64,000 nt of DNA. It comes from Eledone cirrhosa. Lineage: Eukaryota. Below the pieces are notes generated by a model. The model was not told where the DNA came from, made no database searches, and saw nothing but the letters and a program-made list of their open reading frames with translations. The position numbers and the translations under genes were made by a program. The DNA lies in assembly GCA_964016885.1 (NCBI GenBank), contig OZ024745.1:132680001-132744000 (forward strand), in the 5' to 3' direction. Shown here in pieces: positions 27,890 through 41,489 of this stretch (positions are counted from its first letter, which is position 1; each line of letters begins with the position of its first letter).

Positions 27890-28572
27890 TATTTACGTCT
27901 GAAAACCAAGTGTTTCTCTCTCTTTTTTTCTGGTCTTATTGGAGGCTAGGAATGTAAACGTAGCTTTATGAAGGCAACTAGAGAATAATTCACTGTTTTT
28001 GTTAATTAGGGTCTTATAGTTATTAATAATCAACAGGGTTTCCATTGTACAGAGCGCGCAGTTATTTGATATACTAGAGTTGCGGTAAACTGCACAATTC
28101 CGAAGTTTCGTTCAAAGAATGGAGTATTTTAAGTTCCTCTCTTTTAATGACCATATGAGCTGTGATAAAGAAGTGGATGATTTGCTCTTGGAGTTCGAGA
28201 ATGAGCATTTATGGTTCGCAAATCTGGCTTTAAATGTAGAAAAAGTCGATCCTATGTAGTTGTCTGTGTTGTGATCAGTTTTTACGGTGCATTTATAAAC
28301 CAAATTACTATCTAGACAATTATTTTGCAGAGGACAGTCAGTTTTATTTCTACAATTACATTTTGGTTTAGTATCATTTATGTTAACGATATTATTAAGA
28401 TCATTATGCTAGTTTTGTTTTAGAATTTTAGAGTTTGATTTGGCAATGTTTTGGGCCATGTTCATAGTTGTAGAATACGCCAATTTAATGGTGTGTCTAT
28501 TAAAAATGGAATGGTATATTTGTTGAGTAGGGAAAGAGGTGTCCAAAGCATTAAAGAATAATTTTGCAATTG
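27890..28572 (-). pseudogene. PLE linker plus GIY-YIG endonuclease remnant with in-frame stops
   Basis: IFNRHTIKLAYS, CNCRNKTDCPLQNNC, VYKCTV..YIGST..FKARFANHKCSF..TSLSQLIWSLK, CALC..E, LINKNSELFSSCLHK. Confidence 0.92.
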
Positions 28573-28584
28573 GTGTTCTATAAA

Positions 28585-29100
28585 CAAGTTCAGAATTCTA
28601 TAAACAACTTCAGAATGGGGTGCCACTCCTTATTTTTAAGTTTCTCTTAAGCTAACAATGCCTATATTTCAGGTGTCTATAAGATCGTTTGGGGTCGGTC
28701 ATGGTTGATGGATTTAAAGAAAAGGGAAATTCTTTAAAAGCTAATTCTTCGCCAAGGCACGCTACTAAACAAACTCTCTGAACACTGCCCGAACTGCATG
28801 AACAAAAACTTTGCAACTTTCAAATACCTTAAGCCAGTGTTAATGCCCGATAGCTAAAAATGATTTCCCCCTTTTGGCTCCTCTACCTACCTCCTTCCCA
28901 CCCCATCCCTACTCCTCCTCAACCTGAAACAGGGCCACTATGGTTATGTAAGTACCTCTTACCTATCTACTTTTTCTGCTTGTAGAGCTATTTTTAGGTG
29001 CCTGTGTATATGCGTATATTTTATGAGTACATATTTGTATGTATTTGTATGAGTGGCCGATCGCGTGAATGCATATCCCTGTGTGTAGGTGCGTTCACAT
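28585..29100 (+). mobile_element. Second PLE 3' fragment (family B-related) with inverted 5' piece
   Basis: 28749-28830 encodes TLLNKLSEHCPNCMNKNFATF, homologous to TLINKNSELFSSCLHKATFTF. 28585-28750 is the reverse complement of 32148-32300. Confidence 0.6.
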
Positions 29101-29104
29101 GTCA

Positions 29105-29286
29105 TCTATGTGTGTATATTTAGATGTATGTATATATGGTTTTGTGTATGTGTGTATATGTGTATATATATATATGTATGCATATATATATATATATGTA
29201 TGTGTGTAAGTGTGTATATATATATAAATATATGTGTATATGTGTATATATATATGTATATGTATGTATATGTATGTGTATATATG

Positions 29287-29331
<45 letters not shown>

Positions 29332-29541
29332 GAAAAGCCACAGACCCTCCATCTCAACTCACCTTTTGAAAGGCGGAGGAGCTGCGAGGCCGGTGGGGGA
29401 ACCAGGTAGGTGTATATATTTTTTGGAAAAATAGGATTTCAGTTGCATTTTCGATTTCATCCCTTTTTCTTTATACTTCCACTCGTGTAGGACACCTCGG
29501 TTATTTTTCATTTTGTAAAAAAAACCTCACTTTCTAATATG

Positions 29542-29592
<51 letters not shown>

Positions 29593-29846
29593 AAGTGTGT
29601 ATATATATATATATATATATGTGTATATGTGTATATATATATATATATGTATATGTATGTATATGTATGTGTATATATGTATGTATATATATATATATAT
29701 GTATGTGTATATGTATGTACGTGTATGTGTGTATGTGTTTATGTATGTATGTTTATATATATATATATATATATGTATATATGTGTATATATATATATAT
29801 ATAAGTATATATGTGTGTATATGTATGTATATATATATATATATAC
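29105..29846. repeat. Compound (TA)/(TG) microsatellite interrupted by a family D copy
   Basis: Seen directly. Confidence 0.9.
29328..29538 (+). mobile_element. Short (TA)n-flanked repeat family D, copy 1
   Basis: Aligns over its full length with 43450-43660, with both ends coincident. Confidence 0.8.
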
Positions 29847-30049
29847 AGTATTTTCCGTTGTGTTGTAATATAAATATTACACACAGTAGATTATCAGCTC
29901 ACGTAGAGTTTGCTCGACGGTTCCAGTTGTAGTTCCAAAAGTAATCCGGAGAAAAATAGAAAGATTTGAATGGATACAGTTTAGTTGAAAGGAATTTATT
30001 GACACGTGACAATAAATTCCTTTCAACTAAACTGTATCCATTCAAATCT

Positions 30050-30055
<6 letters not shown>
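29847..30055 (-). mobile_element. Fold-back element; 100-bp palindrome 29956-30055
   Basis: Axis CAC|GTG at 30005/30006 with a single A/A mismatch. Flanked by (TA)n on both sides. Confidence 0.85.
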
Positions 30056-30135
<80 letters not shown>

Positions 30136-30197
30136 GTGTGTGTGTGTGTGTGTCTGTGTGTATGTGTGTATGTGTGTGTGAATATGTATATATATAG

Positions 30198-30235
<38 letters not shown>

Positions 30236-30238
<3 letters not shown>

Positions 30239-30646
30239 CGGGAGAGATGACCTCTTAGCCTTTGTCAAGGCAGAATTCTAGGAGAAGGAAAACTCTGATA
30301 TAATACCTGCAAGCCTGACGGTATCCAATGATGTTGACTTGTTCTTCTTTTTGGTAAATACCATCTTGGTTAAGAGAGTGGGACTGGCTTTTTGCAGTGC
30401 CTTTGCTCACTATAAAAGCTTCACGGCACAGGCATTGCTTTATATCTGGAGATCTCACTGCACTTGTCATCACAGAGTACAATGGGCCCAGCACTATGTG
30501 TCAGTAATTGTCACTAGTGTAGTGTTTGTACCAGAGTTTTCAAGTCGCTGGCTGGACTAAAAAGTCACACTCGTTCAGCGCATCAGTAGGGGTTCTCCTA
30601 CATGGATATAAAGTAGTGGCTGTACTCGAAAACGAGTTGGCAGCCA

Positions 30647-30648
<2 letters not shown>
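30236..30648 (+). mobile_element. ORF-less RTE-like non-autonomous element, 5'-truncated copy
   Basis: Reverse complement of 63003-63402. 3' hairpin GTGGCTG..ACTCG AAAA CGAGT..CAGCCAC. Confidence 0.75.
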
Positions 30649-31848
<1,200 letters not shown>

Positions 31849-31850
<2 letters not shown>

Positions 31851-31989
31851 ACGAAGTAAATGTGGTAAGGAACCAGGTGGACCATAACGCACCAAAGTAC
31901 TCAGTACTTGAGGTAGTAGAGTGGGTAATAGGAACCAGTAAGACCCCGACAGCTGAGCTCAAGCCGTTTCGACGGCTAATTCTGGTTCC

Positions 31990-31990
<1 letters not shown>
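31849..31990 (-). mobile_element. Family C copy 3
   Basis: Matches 13720-13857; (TA)n on both sides. Confidence 0.8.
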
Positions 31991-32020
<30 letters not shown>

Positions 32021-32093
32021 GTGTGTGTGAATGTGTCTGTCGAAACCTGGAATAGGAAGAGAAATATGACAATAATGATATGATAGGCAACCA

Positions 32094-32530
32094 ATATTTT
32101 GAACTGGTTTATAGAATTCTCTTGGCCTTTGTCAAGTAGAACTTTAAAGAATTAGCTTTTAAAGAATTTCCCTTTTCTTTAAATCCATCAACCATGACCG
32201 ACCCCCAACGATCTTATAGACACCTGAAATATAGGCATTGTTAGCTGAAGAGAAACTTAAAAATAAGGAGTGGCACCCCATCCTGAACTTGTTTATAGAA
32301 TTCTTTCTGCCTTTGTCACTCTAAATATAAATTATAGCCTTAAAGAATTAGCTTTTAATGAATTCCATTTTCTTTCAACCAATGACCTCTACCCATCCTA
32401 CTCCCCACCCTCTCCTACCACCTGAAAAGATATAAATACCACAACATTTATTTTTGGAAAGCCAGATTCCTGATGATTTCTAAAGAATGAAACAGTTCTA
32501 GTTCTGTAGAATCTCATCTATATTAAAACT
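32094..32530 (+). mobile_element. PLE family B fragment with internal duplication and intact hammerhead
   Basis: GTTTATAGAATTCT..GCCTTTGTCA..TAAAGAATTAGCTTTTAA occurs twice (about 32107 and 32291). Shares sequence with 28585-28750 and 25060-25126. Confidence 0.7.
32464..32514 (+). ncRNA. Complete type I hammerhead ribozyme (family B)
   Basis: AGATTC-CTGATGA-T-TTC TAAA GAA-T-GAAA-CAG TTCTAGTT CTG-TA-GAATCT. GUA triplet; predicted cleavage after 32508. Confidence 0.92.
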
Positions 32531-32574
32531 ATATATATATATATATAGTGATATAGAGCAATATATCAATTGAG

Positions 32575-32717
32575 AAATACATAATATTGTCAACACATAT
32601 AAAGTATATACTATTGAGGAAAGAGTACATAACTTAAGTTGGAAAGTCCATAGTAAAATAATAACTTTTCCAACTTAAAGTATGTACTTTCTCCTAAATA
32701 TTATGTGCTTTCTATAT
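32575..32717. repeat. Imperfect inverted repeat
   Basis: AGGAAAGAGTACATAACTTAAGTTGGAAAG versus CTTTTCCAACTTAAAGTATGTACTTTCTCCT. Confidence 0.7.
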
Positions 32718-32803
32718 GTGTAGAAACAGGTGACTATGAGTTTCTAAAACTATATATGACTCTTTCCCTCCCTCTCACACGCACACAAACACACACACAC
32801 ACA

Positions 32804-32850
<47 letters not shown>

Positions 32851-33005
32851 TGTATGTATAGTATATTTGGCAATATACCGTATGTTTATTAATTTGAATT
32901 ATTGATGGACCAACGTCCATGGAACGTTTTCATTGAGAAACATAATCCTCGTATACATTATATATGTCGTCATACTTCAACATAATATATATATATGTAT
33001 ATACG

Positions 33006-33045
<40 letters not shown>

Positions 33046-33063
33046 CGCACACACACATATACA

Positions 33064-33142
<79 letters not shown>

Positions 33143-34020
33143 TTTTGTTCATTTTGAAATTATGCTTGTGCTGTTTTAGATGTTGAGTTAGTGGTTATAT
33201 TTCTCTATTTAATATATTTCTGTTTGTGAACCAGATCGTCGTTTTATTTTCTAAACCATATAGTGTTTCCTTTTACGAAGATGGGTATTGCCTCACACGT
33301 CTCAAGTAAGAGATACTTCAGCTGCTGTAGTTAGTCGCCAACGCCTTTTTAAAACATAAATATTAGTATACAACAATTTTCCTGGACAGGTCTTTGATAT
33401 AATATTCAGACAAAGAGAATCACTTCAACTGCACATAGTTTTGTCAGCATAAATACTTTTGCGAACATTCAGTTAAGTCTAAATTTCTCTTACACAGAAA
33501 CTGATGCAAATTATATAAATATGCGACAGACATGTTATTATAGTTTTGGTGCTAGTTACTGCTAATGTTATTCACATTCTATGTAACAATATTGTGTCTA
33601 TTGAAGTTTTAAATCTTCATGTTATATTCTCTTTTGAAAAACACATTCAGTTCATTATTTCATTTTCTTTTTCAGTTCACATTTATTGTTTGTGTAGTCA
33701 CCCCTGTAAAATCTCAACAAGCTACATAAAATACATATTAATCGTTAAAAAAAACTTCTTGTCTCCACCTAGGTTAACGGGCAAAATAAATAACATCGAA
33801 ATTTGTAAATAATGATGAAATATCTTTTATAATAAACAATGTACGAGGCCGAACTTTCTGTTTTTGAAGCGCTGAGAATATATATATATGTAAAGTTATA
33901 TTTTAAATTGTTGGGTTACAACTAGTAAATATTTATAACTGATATAAAAGCACTCGACAAATATTTGGAGTATATTTACAATATTAAATAAATGGAAAAC
34001 TATATTTATAAAACCATATC

Positions 34021-34086
34021 TATTTCATTATATATATTTCGGGGATATCATATTAACAATATGCTATGCCTTCATCAGACAAAATA
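34021..34086 (-). ncRNA. Type I hammerhead ribozyme (family A, left arm)
   Basis: Mirror of 34242-34307. Confidence 0.85.
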
Positions 34087-34241
34087 CAATATAAACAGTT
34101 TTATAGATAAATATATTCGACATACCGTAATAAACATCAACTTCATTTGGAGAGGTTTACTGCTAGCGTAAACCTCTCCAAATGAAGTTGATGTTTATTA
34201 CGGTATGTCGAATATATTTATCTATAAAACTGTTTATATTG

Positions 34242-34307
34242 TATTTTGTCTGATGAAGGCATAGCATATTGTTAATATGATATCCCCGAAATATATATAA
34301 TGAAATA
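34242..34307 (+). ncRNA. Type I hammerhead ribozyme (family A, right arm)
   Basis: TATTTTGT-CTGATGA-AGGCATAGCATATT GTT AATATGATATCCCC-GAAA-TATATA-TA-ATGAAATA. Confidence 0.85.
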
Positions 34308-34345
34308 GATATGGTTTTATAAATATAGTTTTCCATTTATTTAAT

Positions 34346-34425
<80 letters not shown>

Positions 34426-36230
34426 TATAAGTTTATATAAAGTTGTCAATCGCAGAAATACTATAAAGATACCTTATAAAATAGGCTGGGGACACTTAAA
34501 AAGGGAAAAAGAAGTTGTCAGTGTAGCGGCTGATAGCAAACTATTTTAGAAACATTTCTGCGGCTGTGTACTTTCTATATATATATATAAACATACAACT
34601 TTTTATATTTGATATAACCACCTCAGCACATTTCTATGTACGATGCTACTTATCGCTTATCGGTTTGGAGACCTGTTTAACGCTATAACTAATGACACAT
34701 TGTTGGTAAAAGCAGTCATTATGAAATGTATATGCGCGTTTGCCTGTTAATTAAATGGTTAATAAAATATCCTGTTCTTTGGAATAGTTCAAAGTAATGC
34801 CTTGAGTGAATATACATCGATTGTATACATACCACGATTATACTGGCGTATATTAAATCAATCTTAAAGGGGTGAAAGTTAGTCAATGTTTGGATACTTC
34901 ACTCTTCATTAAGTAAGGAGGAAAAAAATCTATCGAGTTATGTTATATTCACCTTTGTCCTAATTGATAATAAGTCAATAGAATATTGGCAGAACACCTA
35001 CAAACTATACACTGGGCCTATTCTTGTAGCACAATCGTATATTTACAAGAAACTATTTTTATCAATTACAAAATTCAACATAATTCAATATAACAAAATA
35101 TATGTATATATATTATTGATATATATATATATATATATATCATGTCTATATAAAATTCAATTGCTTCTGAGTCAATACACCTACCAAATGAAATACAACT
35201 CGGGAATATATATCATAGTTCCACTGTAGTATTCATCTAGACTCCTATTCTATTGTATAGAATATTCTATACTATATAAATGGTATGTTGCTTGTATTGT
35301 GAGCTAATGAATCTGGTCTATTTTTTTATGTCCTTACAATGTTTGATGATGACGTAGCTAAAATGAAGTTTCGTTGGTAAACATGCGAACTATTTGCCGA
35401 TGATGTGTTAAAGCACATGTTGAATTTTCTTTCGTTTTGTTTAAAGTTATTAATCAAAATTCGAGTAATGTTCTCAAATGATTTTTCTGTTGCAAATCAA
35501 CATTGCGATCCATTATATTCCTGTCTTCTTGTTAGGATCACGATGTATTCTTTTATGTTTATTTGCGTGATTAATTGATGACGTGATTTAAATGACGATT
35601 CGCTTCCAATATCATTTTAATTTATTTGTGGAAATGAACTCTGTTTATGTCTGCTTTCATTTCAGAAAAAAAAATGCCGAGTAATTTGTAAATAATTACA
35701 GTGTTAATTACGAAATATGTGGAGACTATCAACTACGTTAATCAGATTAGATTCCATGATTGATCAACATTTCAAATCATGAGATAGTATTTCTATTTCA
35801 GCCTGCCCAGTTTTTATGCATTTCAAAAATTCAGTTAGTGCTAATAATTTTATCAGTACCTTGATTATAGTTATCTTTCTCGAATGTTGGTTACTTTCTG
35901 TCAATTAATTTTACAATTATTCATTTTTAGTTTACTCTACACAGGAGTTGTGATGATTCATATGTGGACTTTGTTAGTTTATATTTCACTATAGAAGCCT
36001 AACAGAAGGTTCCAATCCTGTACGCCCAGCTAAGGAATCATGTGTATAATGTAGTGTAAGTTACTTGGCATGGAAATATTGCGAACTACATCATATAGAG
36101 GCAACGTAAGCTAATGGAAGTAATTATGAGTTCGTCGTGATTTGCTGTGTTGGTGATTGCGGCGTTTGCCGCTGCGATAATGATGACGTCTCACCTCTAA
36201 CATGCATAATAACATTATTTTTCCAATTCA

Positions 36231-36415
36231 AGGCGGTGGATTGGCAGTATCGGTAGAGGATCGGACGCCATGCTTTCCAGCATAGTTACGTCTCTTTATG
36301 ATCTGAGTTCAAATCCCGCCGAGGTTGACTTTGCCTTTCATCCTTACGGGGTCAATAAAATAAAGTACCAGTAATGCACTGGGTGATTGCTGGCCTTGTG
36401 CCTAAAGTAGAAACA
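36231..36415 (+). mobile_element. tRNA-derived SINE with about 20-bp target-site duplication
   Basis: A and B boxes plus the conserved core. ATTATTTTTCCAATTCAAGG occurs at 36214-36233 and 36416-36435. Confidence 0.92.
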
Positions 36416-37702
36416 ATTATTTTTCCAATTCAAGGAAGCGTTTAAATATACGTTTGAAAGCGCAGGCAACGACGAGGGATTCCAACTAGATCCTATCAAC
36501 ACAATCTTCATACGGTATAAATACACGAGACTCCGCAATCCGTATTCTTATATTTGTCTCTTTTCCCTTTTTGTTTTCATCAGAGCAATATGTGTGGTCG
36601 TCTATTTCTCTAGTTATTTTTTTAATTTTGTATTTGTTATTTTATTTGTTATTTTATTACACAGGTATCAAAATGACCCAAAACAAACACCTGTTTCTAT
36701 CAATTCCGATCTGTTGCATATATATTGAAAATATATTGTCTAATATGCGCTTTAATCCAGATGGTAGCGTGTGATTTGCGGGAGAAGTGGCTGTTTTTCG
36801 AAATAATTCAATACAAGAAGTAGAAACTCCCGTTTACATTGATATGATCATTTGCGTGTGTTTGTACATGGAGGGGTGATGTTTAGCTGCAATAAACGAG
36901 GCTAATAAAATGATTCCCAAGTTTGAAAGAAAACAACTTTCTTGCTGAGTATGACCATCTATACCTGATTAACCCAGGAAGTTGGTTGAAATAGGTTGCT
37001 GTGTGTGACATAAGGAAGATCTATTCAGTTCAAAGTGATTTCTAGTGTAGAAGAGGTACTTTTGAAGAGTCTGATACGTGGAGAGAAAACTTGATTCAAG
37101 TTACCAATATAAATTATATACACTTATTTAGCCTCCTTCAGTGACATACACATTCTTCATTTTATGGATGTTACACGATAAAAATGTCCATATATTATAA
37201 TTCTATGCATTGCAAGTAAATGATATTTTATAGGACAATCTAATATTATTTGATTTTTATTACAGTAAAATTATGAATATTTACAAAATATTTAAATGTA
37301 TATAGAATGTTGTTTTCATATAATACTTCACAGCTGTCACTCTTCTTATTTGGGGTTTAAATATTTTCATGAATATTAATGAATCTTGTGAAGAGCATCA
37401 TAAATGTCTTCTGAAAAGGTGTTGCATACTTATATCCACCTATTTAAATATAGTTGTGTATGTCAGATGTTATCCGAGTATTTGCGTTGTGAGGTTGACC
37501 CAACGCTATACTCTATGACGGCACTGGTGATAGGGAAGGGCATATGCTTTGTGTGGTCAAATATCCGATTTTTCATCAAACCGCTTTTGACTGAGACGAT
37601 GAAGTTCCCAGATGGGGAGACATGAAGTATAACCAGGGAGGCCTTAGCACACACGCGCACATGCACACACAAACACACACACACAGACACATATATATTA
37701 CT

Positions 37703-37892
37703 GATTAGAGCAAAAATCACGAGCACTCTACTCAAAATTATTTTTGAAAAGCATAAGAAATGCGCAACGGGTAAAAACTTAAAACTAAAACTGAATACTA
37801 ACTAATACTTATTACTAATTTATACTTATTCCTAACTAAACTATTTTTCACTGGGAACAATTTGTCAGCATTTTCTTTACCTTTTTACTAAT
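37703..37892 (-). mobile_element. Family E fragment
   Basis: Near-identical to 14371-14562. Confidence 0.8.
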
Positions 37893-37909
37893 ATATATAT
37901 ATACATAAA

Positions 37910-37941
37910 TATATATATAATATATATATATATATCCTATT

Positions 37942-37982
<41 letters not shown>

Positions 37983-38048
37983 ATAAATATATATATATAT
38001 ATATATACAAATAGGATATATATATATATTATATATATATATATATAT
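37910..38048. repeat. Inverted duplication inside a (TA)n tract
   Basis: The non-repeat island CCTATTTG is mirrored as CAAATAGG, and a TAAT irregularity is mirrored as ATTA. Confidence 0.75.
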
Positions 38049-38096
38049 TAGACCCAATCACAAAACCCACAGAGTAAAAACGCTATGTATATATAT

Positions 38097-38215
<119 letters not shown>

Positions 38216-38295
38216 AGGTAAATAAGGTTTGCAAAATACAGCGACCGAGCTTTTGATTATTTGGAACGCTTCTGTATTATTGTAATGTGCCCAAA

Positions 38296-38512
38296 GGCTG
38301 GTGGATTGGCAGTATCGGTAAAGCGTCTGACACCATGCTTTGCAGCATAGAGTTACGGCCCTTTATGATCGGACTTTAAATCCAGCTGAGGTTAACTTTT
38401 CCTTTAATCCTTACTGGGTCGATAAAATAAAGTACCAGTAATGCACCGGGGTCGATAAAATCGACTTTCCTCTCTCCCTAAATTGCTGGCCTTGTGCCTA
38501 TATAAGAAACCG
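38296..38512 (+). mobile_element. tRNA-derived SINE, longer variant
   Basis: Same head and core, plus an extra GGGGTCGATAAAATCGACTTTCCTCTCTCCCTAA segment absent from the 10435 and 36231 copies. Confidence 0.88.
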
Positions 38513-41337
38513 TTGTTGTAATATATATTTTGAAAACATTACAAGCAAAACGAACAAAGTCATTATAGTTGTCTTAGTTATTAAACTACGTATCAATATT
38601 AATAAACAGAACCACCACAGAAATCTAACAAGGGACTATACTATATGAACATAACGACTAAATTCTCCAATTTTATCATTACAATATTAGAGGAATAATG
38701 TGCAACATACACCACCATAAACAGTGTGTACAAGAGTGAGCTTCATGGATTAACAACATATCAATATATGCAACCATAAACATTATACTTTGTACTTTTA
38801 TGAAGGCAGCACAAAAGGTAAAATTAAAGTAGAACACTAATTACATATTTACATTTGTACAATTCTGAAAACCTCAGTTTTACACTTTGAAAAATTCTGA
38901 TATATTAAATATTATTTTAGTCTTCAATATACAGAGTGTATCATTCAGAACATTAAGAATACAAACCAATGAATATATTTATTCATTGACTTGATTTTTC
39001 AAAGCAAATTGTTTACTTAAATAGAATTATTTTACCATGCATCAAGTAAATTCGGAAAATGTAAAATGGCATGTCGAGGAATCCGAAACATTTATGAATG
39101 TTGTGCGTTTAAATGCCAACATATATTTACAGACGTGCACACACCTATATAAACAAACACATTGACATGCCACCATCTGCCGTTACAGTTGATGTAAAGG
39201 ACCTTCATTCAAGGTTAAACTAAATTTCTAACTTTCTTATAATTTGTACTGGACTTCCATAAACAAAAGTCATTAAAAGATCTTTCAATAATATTGATTA
39301 TTACAAGTAACAATTAAATATATAAATCTGTCAGCAAAAAAGATCCTGTCTCCGCTTGTGAGAAGCTAAAATTTAGCTTTCAATAAATCCATTTAGACAA
39401 TGCAACCAATACGAAATTAAGTAAACACCAAATGTCGGTGTTGATTTGCAGAATCGATAAAACGTCGGACAGAAATAAATTGTCATAGTTGACATCATTT
39501 TGGATCGTAGTTCAAGTTACGATTTCACTCTACCTAGATTCCATCTTTTATAGTTGGAAAAATTAATGCACTATTCAAGTCGGAAAAATTGATTTACTAA
39601 CCTATAAAGCTACAGAGATGTGAATAGAATAATAGTAAAATAAATTGAATTGGTATTTTTTGTATTGGATTTATGTCGTTTTATACAGTTCAATGAGCCA
39701 CTGGATGATTAAACTATGAGAGGTTATGAGATTTTCATGTTCTTTAAAAGAAATTAAACTGACGTTGTACGTAATAGTGCGTGTGAACTAAGAAAATAAT
39801 TGTTAAAAAATTCCCCTTAATTACACGATGCTCGCCACTGGCAAAACTCTCAACCAACAAAAAAATAAAAAAAGATACAAAATAGTGAAATGCATTAAGT
39901 ATTTGAAAACAAAATTTGAAAATACCTAACAATTCATACGTTTTATTGCAAAACGAAACTTCATCAGAATTTAGTTCTTTTGTTCAGCATATAGGCACGA
40001 AAGGTATTATTTCCAGAAAAGGAACTTTGAGAATAAGAATTATTCCCCTTCCTTGACATATAATCCAAATCTAAAACCAAATGCCATGATATAAAATTAA
40101 TACAAAATTTGTGCAAAAAGCCACAGCATTTTAGAATAGAAATGGGTTATATTCAACTTTCAGTGACCGTAAACAGAATTTAACTAAATGCTACATCAAT
40201 CTTAATGACTTTAGTGTAAACTAAAGTAACAGTTTTGTTGAGCACTAGAGTAATTATCTATTCAACTTGCAGTAACAAATTTGTGTCAGGCAAATTGATT
40301 TTGGGAAAGTATTGTTTAATAGACAAACGAGATTCTGTGATGCGTGGCCTTTCCTGGAGCTTTCGTAGTATGGCATCAACTGGAAGGACAATTTGGATCT
40401 GGGATCGCAGCTGAATCCGGCTGTATCACTTAGAAACTAGTGTGTCTTTTTAACATATTGATTATTGTTGATTGCAACAAACATACTACATTGTAGTATT
40501 AGGTACACAAAAGGGCTTCATCTTTGTAGAAATTTCCGCAGTCATATTGAAGTGGATATTCAACCGGAGATTAAACTCTATGGCATAGATTTGTTCAGCT
40601 GAACATCAATCTGCAGGGAATACAGATATTCCTCATTGATGGATTTTTGTTTACTCGAATATTATGAAGTGCTTAAAATATACAGACTTTATAGCATGTC
40701 CTCTTACAAGGTTATTCCTGCTTTCATGTATAAACCTATTCCAAACATTCGGTAACATATTTACATTTGTCCGTTTGAGCGCATGAATATTCTTTAGATA
40801 GAATATTTCTAAATAGGTTTTCTGACACAATTTAAAATAATGTAGAAGAACCCACTTTTCTTGATAACAGTTATTACACATATCGGGATATTGCAGATGC
40901 ATTTCTGTTATACACCGCAAAATATTACATTGTAGTGTAAAATATTATGTAGTGTTAAAAATATATATTCAATTATTGATCACACATTCGTTAAGACAAT
41001 ATTAGAAAGATTTAACTTAATGAGTTGAATTACTTTACATTCAGCAAGTAGTTACAGCAGAACAATTATAGGGTATACGAGGCGTCGCAATACAGTGAAC
41101 TACATAAACTGCCTGTTCCAAATAAACAGTTATGCACATACTAATGTACATTATATAATCCTTGAGGTTTCAAGGTAACAATTTCTTCTCGGTTGAATTA
41201 ACGATCGTATACCACAGCAATTTTGTTCAGATTATTATTCAAAGCACATCTTACTATTTTGAAAATAGGGAGAATAATCACACACACAGACACACAGATA
41301 TACACACTCACACACACATACTCACACACACACCTCC

Positions 41338-41403
<66 letters not shown>

Positions 41404-41489
41404 ATGTATAACGTGCCTGAAAAATATTAATGTTGGATTCAATGAAAAACACTTTGACTAAAGTTTTGCTTAATTCTAATTGACGTTCA

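Larger units (their letters stand above)
25962..28572 (-). mobile_element. 5'-truncated Penelope-like element: GIY-YIG end, long AT-rich 3' region, hammerhead, (TA)n
   Basis: The components are collinear on the minus strand with no intervening microsatellite block. Continuity is inferred. Confidence 0.7.
33890..34351 (-). mobile_element. PLE family A copy with 184-bp inverted arms
   Basis: Arms 33977-34160 and 34168-34351 are equal in length, with no mismatch seen in the stretches checked. Loop TGCTAGC; (TA)n on both sides. Confidence 0.9.

Noticed and set aside
32895-32935. Decayed hammerhead around the TGGAC CAAC GTCCA hairpin
   Set aside because: Both core boxes would need several substitutions; not supportable without a consensus.
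40651-40920. Possible MULE transposase remnant (LPNVWN..RNN)
   Set aside because: Only a faint motif resemblance, with no catalytic residues or terminal repeats identified.
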